Positions 15,035 to 64,000 of a stretch of DNA of 64,000 nucleotides are shown here, one piece after another. The notes beneath the pieces were generated by a model, which did no database searches, was not told where the DNA came from, and worked only from the letters and a program-made list of their open reading frames with translations. Positions within the stretch are counted from its first letter, which is position 1; every line of letters starts with the position of its first letter. The stretch is from Paraspadella gotoi (lineage: Eukaryota > Animalia > Chaetognatha), in contig CM119271.1 in assembly GCA_051294375.1 (NCBI GenBank), forward strand, positions 4,197,705-4,261,704. Direction: 5' to 3'. Both the position numbers and the translations under genes were made by a program.

Positions 15035-15526
15035 CTCTTTTTTTAATTTTTATTTTTTCCCTTTTTTTTTCATCTTTATTTTTCTTTTTTCTTTTTCTCT
15101 CTCTCCCTCTTCCTCTTCATTTTATTCTTCTTCTTCCTTCCTCGTTTTTACGACATTTTGTCCGAAACGAGTCTCCGTGGGCACCATGAAAAGTCACGTG
15201 ACCGCGCGACTGTAAAGAACCGCGCAAAAACTTTTCCAAGACTTTAATCCTCCATGTTTATCTCCGAACCAGACTCCCCTCTCCCCCCCCCACACTCGTA
15301 TCCTAGCGACGCGAATGTCGTTGTTGTGGTTGTTGTCGTTGTCTCTCGTTGTCCTGGTTTCCAGAGCAAGCGGTCGCAAAGGGATTCGTCGACTTTATCC
15401 CACAAATTTTTGTTGCCGTTTTTGATGTTATCTCTTTGTGATTGTTGTTGTAGAATATTCCAATTTGGTTTCGTTTATTGTTCTCGAACGGCAATCAAAT
15501 TTCCTCGTTTGCTAGGAGAAAAATAA

Positions 15527-15860
15527 GTTGCGCCGCAGTGAGCGCCTTGGCACGTGTATTTCTCGTGACATAACGTGACGTGACATGACGTGACGTGACA
15601 TGACTACATGACTGCAATAACTTTCTTAGTCCGTGTATTTCAGACACGCACTGCATCAGAATTTTTTTCTTTTTTTATTCTTTACAGTTTTAGGATTTCC
15701 TGAAGACGGCGCTAGCACTCCCTTAGATTTCAGGTTTTTTCCTGTCTTTACAAACGAACAACCAACTATAGGCGAGTTATGAGCATGTTTAACGTAAGTG
15801 GAACAGACCGATTGACAGACATACCGACCGACCGACCGACAGACCGACCGAAAAAAAAAG
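15527..15860 (-). mobile_element. DINE-1/HINE-like element, copy B (5' end incomplete)
   Basis: Reverse complement of the core of the 34199-34517 copy: GTTGCGCCGCAGT at 15527, a (TGACA/TGACG)n tract, GTTTTAGGATTTCC, CTTAGATTT.AGGTTTTTT and an (ACCG)n tract at ~15822-15850. Confidence 0.7.
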
Positions 15861-15945
15861 GAGAAATTTGAAAGAGAGAAAAATGAAAGAAGAAAGTAAG
15901 TTTGCTTCGCGTCGCAGGTGCCGAACGCGACGACGCGATACTTAC

Positions 15946-16015
15946 CCGCCGTCCAAGTGCACCTGTTATACGGCGTCTCTTTTTTTGTTTCTCCGCCTCC
16001 CTGCTGATCCCAGAC
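15946..16015 (-). CDS. Candidate 70-nt internal exon (possibly of the cadherin-superfamily gene)
   Basis: The minus strand has a pyrimidine tract plus acceptor (ccttttcgcctttcccAG) and a consensus donor (GG|GTAAGT), with two frames open. No recognisable protein motif. Confidence 0.35.
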
Positions 16016-16194
16016 CTGGGAAAGGCGAAAAGGCGGCGACGTTGGCGAACTAAGTGACTTTTTGCCTCACTCGCTCGAAGCTGCCCGCTTTATAGAGAGG
16101 GAGAGGTCAAACGTTCAAGTCCCGTTCCTTACTCGCTGATCCTTGCCTTTGAATTTACCAAATTGCCTGATATTAGAAATTTCCTCGGTATTTT

Positions 16195-16479
16195 TGTAGT
16201 CGGGCATTGCCTAAGTTCACCCCGCCTATAAGCATGACTCTTTCAGTTGTGACCCGATGGCTCATTGAGTAAAGCCATCAGCTCATGACCACTAGGTACC
16301 GGGTTCAATCCCAACCCGGTACCTACCCTCCGGGAAGAGTGAGGACGGCCTTAAGCCACCTTGGGGGCGTGGCAAACCCTCAAGCCTGGTTCCAAGCCCA
16401 GGACCCGTTCCATGTCTGCTAGAGGGGGTTATAGAAGTTACGGATAGTCATCTTCTGCCCACTTAGCGCCTTATCCACA
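16195..16479 (+). mobile_element. Solo LTR of the tRNA-cassette TRIM (Helenus-like)
   Basis: 285 bp with TGTAGTCGGG...CTTATCCACA termini and TTTT on both sides (compatible with a 4-bp TSD). Near-identical to the reverse complement of 63156-63435. Confidence 0.85.
16251..16325 (+). promoter_or_regulatory. tRNA-like Pol III type-2 internal promoter inside the LTR
   Basis: A-box-like TGGCTCATTGAG at 16258-16269 and B-box GGTTCAATCCC at 16302-16312, with tRNA-like spacing. A CTCATGA anticodon-loop-like heptamer lies between them. Confidence 0.7.
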
Positions 16480-18659
16480 TTTTTTTTTAAGGCTGCTTCG
16501 TTTCCTAACTCCCTTAGGCCACGGTGGAGTTGGAGAGAAAAATGGCGAACAAAATGAGATTGAAATCGGAAAAGCGAATGGAATCGAATTGGCTAATTAC
16601 ACAATGCGTCACTCATTTTATAGTAGGGAAAGAGAGAGAGAAAAAGATATTTGGAAAAAAAAAAAAAAAAANNNNNNNNNNNNNNNNNNNNNNNNNNNNN
16701 NNNNNNNNNNNNNNNNNNNNNNNNNNNNNNNNNNNNNNNNNNNNNNNNNNNNNNNNNNNNNNNNNNNNNNNNNNNNNNNNNNNNNNNNNNNNNNNNNNNN
16801 NNNNNNNNNNNNNNNNNNNNNNNNNNNNNNNNNNNNNNNNNNNNNNNNNNNNNNNNNNNNNNNNNNNNNNNNNNNNNNNNNNNNNNNNAAATAAGCTATC
16901 TTGTCCCTGACTTTGGACAGGCTTTTTATATAATACTACCAAGGATCTCCAATCCAAACTCAATTACTCGTCCGCCCATTTCGTATCCTTACCTTACCTT
17001 ACCTTACCTTCCCAAAGACTTAGAACCTGTGATCCTTGCACTTCCCCCTTCACAGATAAATCTTGCCGCAATCCCAGCGTCGGAGAATAAAATAAATCCC
17101 GCTTCTGTTACTAACAGTGTTAGAAAATGTCATCGAATCAAAAAATCAAAAAAAAATCCTAGCTCCGTCAAAGAATTTTGCCGTGGCTCAAAAAAAAACC
17201 TAACAAGATCCGGATAATTTAAAGTCGCCCGGCGGAAACTCCAGCAAAGAGCGGGTAATCTCGGTACCGGAAGAGAATCTCGGCACTCGGCATCTCTCCT
17301 ATTCTTCTTCTCTTTTACCAAATCCTTTCTTCCCTTCTCTTTCTTCTCCTCTTTTCCTCCTCTCTATATAACAATTCTTTTTCTCATCCCTCTTTACTTA
17401 TTTTTTTTTGTATTCTTTATTTACGCCTTATTTTTTTTATATCAGCTTTTCGTCTTAATTTCTCTGTCTTACTTTCTACCACACCACACGGATTTTTGCA
17501 AACTTCATCCCATCATCTTTACGGATTCCTCCAACTCCACCCCCCCCCGAAATTCCATCAAGCTCCAACCCCCACCAGCTTTTCATCTCTCCATCTCATC
17601 TCACTCCACCCCCAGAGTTCCTCCAGTTCCATCTACATTACAAAATATTTCCTTAATTTTCAACTATACATATTTCTTTCCTTTACTTTCTTTTCCTTCT
17701 TAGCTTTCTTTGCTTTTTCCGCTTTTTCTCCGCCATTCCTCCTTATTTTTCGTCCGCTCCAACACCAAAGCTACTTTTTTTTCGTTTTTCTACTTCTGCC
17801 AATTCCACAACAGGATTTGGTTCCATTATTTCTTCTTCTTTCTCAATTCCGTATTTTCTTCAAACGCCACCCTTACCGCCTCCTCTTCCTCCTCCTCCTC
17901 CTCCTCCTCAACTCCGTCCCCGATATTTGATTGACGTCGTAAAGACGTTTTACGAACACGCGTTCTTCCTTTCTTTCCTTTCTTTCCTTTTTTTTTGGCC
18001 TTTTTTTTTCGAAAAGGAATTTTTTGTTCTTCTTCGCGCAAGCGACTTACTACCGCTTTTATGTTTTTTTTGGTTAATTTATAAAAAAACATTTTAAAAT
18101 GTTTAAATTACATAGCATTTTTATAAATGTTTTAAAAATGATAAAGTAAATAAAGTAATTTTTTTTAAAAGTCACAACGATATTTAACATCAAAAATCTA
18201 AGTTTTTTTGGTAAAAATGATAAAAGTAAAAACTTAAATTTCTAATATATACAGTATCGGAAACCTAGAATGTCGTAAGACTGTACATGGAATAACTTTT
18301 CTATTTATAGGTACACAAATAGTATATCATCAAACCTTAAAAAATATATCATCAAACCTAATTTTTAATGAATTTTAAATACAACTACTGAATTAAAAAA
18401 ATATTTTTTAAAAGCTGTTTAAAGCTTATAATATTTCCGGCCATTTTCAAGTCAGGCCGGAGCCATTGGCTTTTCTTTTGAGTTCCCCAAAACCGAAATG
18501 ACTTTCTCTTCCGTTTGGCAAAAACACGAGAAATTGTTACTTCGTACTATTCGGTTTGGAGTTTGGAAAGGAGGGCGCCGTAAAAGGTTTTATGAAACGC
18601 ATCTGAACCACGACGAAATTGGGACTTTTTACTTTTCTTGACTCTACAATGAAATGTAA

Positions 18660-19204
18660 AACAAAAATAAAGTTACAATCACAAATTTTCATTTGTTTGA
18701 TATTTAAACGAATCANNNNNNNNNNNNNNNNNNNNNNNNNNNNNNNNNNNNNNNNNNNNNNNNNNNNNNNNNNNNNNNNNNNNNNNNNNNNNNNNNNNNN
18801 NNNNNNNNNNNNNNNNNNNNNNNNNNNNNNNNNNNNNNNNNNNNNNNNNNNNNNNNNNNNNNNNNNNNNNNNNNNNNNNNNNNNNNNNNNNNNNNNNNNN
18901 NNNNNNNNNNNNNNNNNNNNNNNNNNNNNNNNNNNNNNNNNGTTTTTTTTTTATTTCTTTTTTTTTTCTCGAGTTTGGCTTCGCGATCGACGAACGTCCA
19001 TCTTTCTGGGATTTGCCCTTTTCTTTGGCTTTTTGTCCTCAATGTTTGTTTGGATCTGTTTTGCTTTTCAATTTGTTTTTTTTTATTGTTTTCTTACAAT
19101 TTATGGTTTTCTTTTCTCGAAGCTCATTCGTTCCTTCTTTCACTAGAAGTCGGAAGATTTCGTATTTGTTATTTTTACTGATGGTTTGGTTTTCCTTTGG
19201 TCTG

Positions 19205-19303
<99 letters not shown>

Positions 19304-20010
19304 AATACATTCAGTCTCCCTTCATTTATCTTCTCTTCTCTTTTCTTTTATCCCCTCATGTTTTCTTTAAAAGAGGAAGATTAAAACAAAAATAAGGTTA
19401 CACAAATTTCATTTGTTTGATAGTTTAAACGAATCCAATCTGAATAAAATATAATCGTTTGGTAGATATTTTATTTCTTGCAGTAATTTTTGATAACGTT
19501 AGTGTTAATTAAGTAAAAGTTTAAGAGTTGAGTCTCAGTTAAAATCCGAACTTCTCGGATAAATTGACTGAGTAGAATTTTTGAATCTTCGGTTTTTTTT
19601 TATTTCCTTTTTTTTTTCTCGAGTTTGGCTTCGCGATCGACGAACGTCATCTTTCTGGGATTTGCCCTTTTCTTTGGCTTTTGTCCTCAATTTTGTTTGA
19701 TCTTTTTGCTTTTCAATTTGTTTTTTTTTTATTGTTTTCTTACAATTTATGGTTTTCTTTCTCGAAGCTCATTCTTCCTATTTTCACTAGAAGTCGGAAG
19801 ATTTCGTATTGTTATTTACTGATGGTTGGGTTTCTTTGGTCTGTCTTCTTTTTTTTTTTTTCTTTCCTTCTTTCTTTCTTCTTTTTCTTTCTTTTTTCTT
19901 CTTTCTCTTTTGTCTTTAATCTTTCTTTTCTTCTTTCTATACATTCAGTCTCCTTCATTTATATCTTCTCATTCCTTTTCTTTTATTTCCTCAATTGTTT
20001 TCTTTTAATA
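18660..20010 (+). repeat. ~0.65-0.7-kb tandem duplication spanning an N gap (probable assembly artefact)
   Basis: 18660-18714 matches 19385-19437 and 18942-19370 matches 19592-20010, differing by indels. The first copy contains the gap 18716-18941. Confidence 0.8.
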
Positions 20011-20053
20011 ATGCCCATCTCTCTCTCATCTCCCTCCTCTTTCTCGTTCATCG

Positions 20054-20090
<37 letters not shown>

Positions 20091-20199
20091 CTCTTCTTCT
20101 CTCTCTCCTCTCTTCTCCAGCTCCCTCACCCCTTCTTCCCTCCCCTGTTCCCTCTCTGCTTTTCCACTGTCTCATTTGTCTTCACCAACCACGCTCGCA

Positions 20200-60250
<40,051 letters not shown>

Positions 60251-62549
60251 GGATTCAATGATTTTATATGGCGCTTTGATTTACTTATTTGTTTTGTTTT
60301 TCTTTTTTCCCCTTATTTGTATTTAGGTTTTTTACTATTTACACAATATGTCAAAATTTTAGTTATTATGTTAAAGTTGATCGAAAAATTTGTTGGAAAA
60401 AAACTGTTTTGATTATTACAAAAACAAATATAAATGACTGACAATTCACAAATATATAACCATCATATATTTCTCAAATGATGGATCGAAATTTCATAAA
60501 AGGCTTCACCGATCTTCTTTCTTCGGATCGAGAATAAAAGCCTCATAAATAATTCTTCTCTTCTTTTCTCGTTTAAAAAATCTCTCTGTCACTCTCTCAC
60601 ACTCTCTCTCTCTCTGTCTTACTCTCTCTTTCTATTTTTTAATCAAAGATCTCCAATATTATTGATTAAATCACGTGAACATTATTTATATTAATTTAAT
60701 GAATTAAAACAATAAATAACCAAAAGCAAAACGCTGACAATCACTACGAATATGAATGTCAAGTAATACGGAGAAGTATCCTGATTAATTTGATAGATTT
60801 AATAAAAGTTTCGTGATTCTGAGTCTTGAAAAAGAATCGATAAATAAAGGCCAACGCAAATATCAATGCGAATTTCAAATAAAAAGGAAAAGAGAAAGAA
60901 AATTATTATGATTAGGAAAGAAAGATAAAATTGATTAAGAAAAAGTTTTAGAGAAAGTCCGAAAGAAAGCAAGATGCGATGGGGCAATCAGAAGAAAAAA
61001 GAGGATTCAAGAAGTTTATATATATATGTATATGAATGAATAATAAATTAAATGTAGAGCAAAATAAAAACAACAAGATACCCGTCAACGCCTGGATTTG
61101 AAAATGAAAAGTTAAAGAAAAGTTTAAAAATTCAAAACCGATGTGACAAAATTCATGGATTAAGTGAAAATGAAAATGGAAATTGAAACAAAGTTAGAAT
61201 GTGACAAAGAATATTAAATTGGAAAGATGACATAAAAAGGTTGAGCTAGTAAGATACAAAATGGAAGGAGGAAGAGGGAAGGAGGAAACGGAGGAACTGA
61301 AGAAAAATGAAAAAAAGAAAAGGAAGGAAAGAAAAAAAGAGTAAAAGAGAAAGAAAAGAAAATCTTATAACTAAAAAAAAAAGAAAATCTGGAGGTTGGA
61401 AACGTTTGCGAGGGACAAAAGGAAACGGGAGTAAGACGGAAAATTAAAAAAAATGAAGAGAGAGAGNNNNNNNNNNNNNNNNNNNNNNNNNNNNNNNNNN
61501 NNNNNNNNNNNNNNNNNNNNNNNNNNNNNNNNNNNNNNNNNNNNNNNNNNNNNNNNNNNNNNNNNNNNNNNNNNNNNNNNNNNNNNNNNNNNNNNNNNNN
61601 NNNNNNNNNNNNNNNNNNNNNNNNNNGAGAGAGAGAGAGAGAGAGAGAGAGTTAAAGGAAAAAAATAGAAACAATTCTAAGAGGACGTAAATAGTAACAC
61701 TACTCAACTTGAAGTCATCGAAAGCTCGTTTTTTAAAACCGTCCCGTCGCTTCTCATGTCAAACTCTAAATTGTCAAAGAAGAGAATCTGAAGTTACTCG
61801 GCATTTTATTGACAACCTGATGTTAGTTAGTATGTTAGTATGTTAGTATGTTAGTCTTTTATTCATTCTCTGGTTACTGGTTAGCAACATATCGATTATC
61901 GAAGCTATGCCATTTTATATATTGGAGATGGAAATTATAAATTGGAAATAATCAACTGTTAAGAGGTGATTCGCTAATATTGATTGAGAATTGGTGATTA
62001 CGGCCTGTTGGATATTTAAAACGGAAGAATGGTGATAACGCTACATGATAGTAGACCAAAGATTGATGATTGCAGATTAGAAAATGGGGATCGGAAAATT
62101 GATTGCAGATTGGAAAATTGGAATTAGAAAATTGGATTCTTACGGATGAGTGAAAAGATACAAGAATCGAGATGAAAAGGAGAGAAAGAAAAAAAAAGCA
62201 CCAAAGGGGAAGAACGCGATCAGGGCACTCAAAGAAAATTAGTTTTTTTTCGCAAATCAGAATCGGGAGGAAGAGATGAACGAATTCCCCAACTGCCATT
62301 CCCAGGCAGAAGAAAAGAAAAGAGGACGGAAAGGAAAGAAGGAAAGAAAAAGAAAAAAAAAAATTGAGAGAAAAAAGAATTACTGAGAAATGGCGGAGCT
62401 GAACGTTAGTTTTTAACGAGAGAAAGAGATTCTGTGTGAAACCTTTGTAGCATGCAATACCGGTCGGTCGCTTTTTTTAGTCGCTAAACGTCTCGTTGTC
62501 TAGCTGACTAATTTATTAATCTGTAAATTAAATTACAGACTTGATCAGA

Positions 62550-62760
62550 GAATGAATCGTGAATTGAATCGCCGGTTATATCACAGATTGAATCGTAAAC
62601 TAAATCGTCGATTATATCACAGATTGAATCGTAAACTGAATCGCCGGTTATATCACAGATTGAATCGTAAACTAAAAATCGCCGGTTATATCACAGATTG
62701 AATCGTAAACTGATCGCCGGTTATATCACAGATTGATCGTAATTGAATCGCCGGTTATAT
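62550..62760 (+). repeat. 36-bp minisatellite (GCCGGTTATATCACAGATTGAATCGTAAACTRAATC)n, left part
   Basis: About 5-6 contiguous units with no spacers, interrupted at 62760/62761 by the TRIM. Confidence 0.9.
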
Positions 62761-63435
62761 TGTGGATAAGGCGCTAAGTGGGCTGAGATGACTATCCGTA
62801 ACTTCTTTTAACCCTCTAGCAGCTATGGAGGGTCCTGGGCTTGGAACCAGGCTTAGGGTTTTCCACGCCCCAGGCGGCTTACGGCCGTCCTCACAACTTC
62901 CCGCAGGGTAGGTACGGGTTGGGATTGAACCCGGTACCTAGTGGTCATGAGCTGATGGCTTTACTCATGAGCCACTGGGTCAGGACTGAAGGTGTCATGC
63001 TTAGAAGGCGGGGTGAACTTTGCTATGCCCGACTACATGCCCACAGATTGTAACCACCCAGCACTGCTTCCAGTGGAGGGAGGGGAGCAACCTTCAGCAC
63101 GTCCATGGCCTGAAATCAGAACGGTTGGAATACGCTCGAAGGATGGGCTCACCAGTGTGGATAAGCGCTAAGTGGCTGAAGATGACTATCCGTAACTTCT
63201 ATAACCCCCTCTAGCAGCTATGGAACGGGTCCTGGGCTTGGAACCAGGCTTGAGGGTTTTCCACGCCCCCAAGGCGGCTTACGCCGTCCTCACACTTCCC
63301 GCAGGGTAGGTACCGGGTTGGGATTGAACCCGGTACCTAGTGGTCATGAGCTGATGGCTTTACTCAATGAGCCACCGGGTCAGGACTGAGGTGTCATGCT
63401 TAGGAGGCGGGTGAACTTTGCTATGCCCGACTACA
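62761..63435 (-). mobile_element. Full-length TRIM (non-autonomous LTR retrotransposon in miniature) with tRNA-like Pol III cassette in both LTRs; Helenus-like
   Basis: Two direct repeats (62761-63037 and 63156-63435), each with TGT...ACA termini, flank a 118-bp non-coding interior. On the minus strand TGGTGAGCCC begins 1 nt after the 5' LTR (PBS-like). ATAT is duplicated on both sides, and each LTR has A and B boxes. Confidence 0.8.
63141..63154 (-). promoter_or_regulatory. Primer-binding-site-like motif of the TRIM
   Basis: TGGTGAGCCCATCC directly follows the LTR end ...CCACA+C. TGG is complementary to tRNA CCA, and the first 10 nt match the tRNA-Trp PBS (TGGTGACCCC) at 9/10. Confidence 0.6.
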
Positions 63436-63715
63436 ATATCACAGATTGAATCATAAACTAAATCGCCGGTTATATAACAGATTGAATCGTAAACTAAATC
63501 GCCGGTTATATCACAGTTTGATTAGTAAACTTTAATCACAAATTACATCACAGAAGGAATCGTAAACTGAATCACAGATTATATCAAAAAATGAATCGTA
63601 AACTGAATCACAGATTGAATCGTACAGAAAATCTCTAATTATATCACAAAAGGAATCATAAACTGTATCACATATCATATCACAGATTGAATCTTGAAAT
63701 GAATCACAGATTATA
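63436..63715 (+). repeat. 36-bp minisatellite, right part (degenerating distally)
   Basis: Resumes in register (ATATCACAGATTGAATC...) right after the TRIM. Confidence 0.85.
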
Positions 63716-64000
63716 TCTGTGTGTGAGTCGCAGACCGAATCACAGACTGAACATCAAACTGTCTGGCGAAGAAAGTGAGACTCGGATCGGTGAACGAGAC
63801 CTAAAGAGTGACCCTGTGGTGTCACGTGACCGTGCGTGACGGAGAATCACAACCGTGACTTCTCTGCAAAGGGGAACGGAAAGACCGATAGGCGCTCTTT
63901 GTCTCTGTCTGTATCTGTCTCTCTTTCTCTTTTTCTCTCTCTATCCTTTTGTCTCTATCTCTCTCTCTCTCTTTCTCTCTATTTCTCTCTCAGTCTCTTT

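Noticed and set aside
16251-16325. Functional tRNA-Met gene (CAT in an anticodon-like loop)
   Set aside because: The anticodon and T stems do not pair as a cloverleaf, and the cassette is embedded in a repeated TG...CA element present three times.
63170-63400. Hammerhead ribozyme (retrozyme) in the LTR
   Set aside because: CTGAAGA and CTGATGG occur, but I found no correctly placed GAAA core with stems I-III. An Infernal search would be needed to exclude it fully.
62761-63435. Two adjacent tRNA-SINEs
   Set aside because: The tRNA-like part starts about 55 nt inside the repeat and there is no A-rich tail. The ends are TG...CA, a PBS-like motif follows one copy, and one 4-bp TSD brackets the pair.
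62550-63715. CRISPR array (36-bp repeats)
   Set aside because: The units are head-to-tail without unique spacers, there are no cas genes, and the context is eukaryotic.

Overview
Animal-type (eukaryotic) draft-assembly window. It is AT-rich and dense in microsatellites ((AG)n, (GAC)n, (GAAA)n, (GAAAA)n), has many N gaps (five of exactly 25 N), and contains stretches that look like indel-rich, poorly polished long-read sequence. Almost all ORFs in the supplied track are simple-repeat or N artefacts. Four things lie under the noise. (1) Scattered minus-strand, frameshift-corrupted exon fragments carry cadherin-repeat motifs from about 60 kb down to about 20 kb, with weak EGF-like traces further downstream, suggesting one large cadherin-superfamily gene. 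(2) A DIRS-type tyrosine-recombinase retrotransposon (gag-like, RT with YIDD, RNase H, YR) at about 27.5-32.9 kb lies between cadherin fragments. (3) A 675-bp non-coding LTR-internal-LTR miniature retrotransposon (TRIM) at 62761-63435 has ~280-bp TG...CA LTRs carrying a tRNA-like Pol III A/B-box cassette, a PBS-like motif and a 4-bp ATAT target duplication confirmed by the flanking 36-bp minisatellite; a solo LTR (16195-16479) and a diverged relative (25761-25946) are also present. (4) Five DINE-1/HINE-like elements, a TA-flanked MITE-like element, minisatellites and probable assembly duplications make up the rest. All calls come from manual reading and no database search was run.
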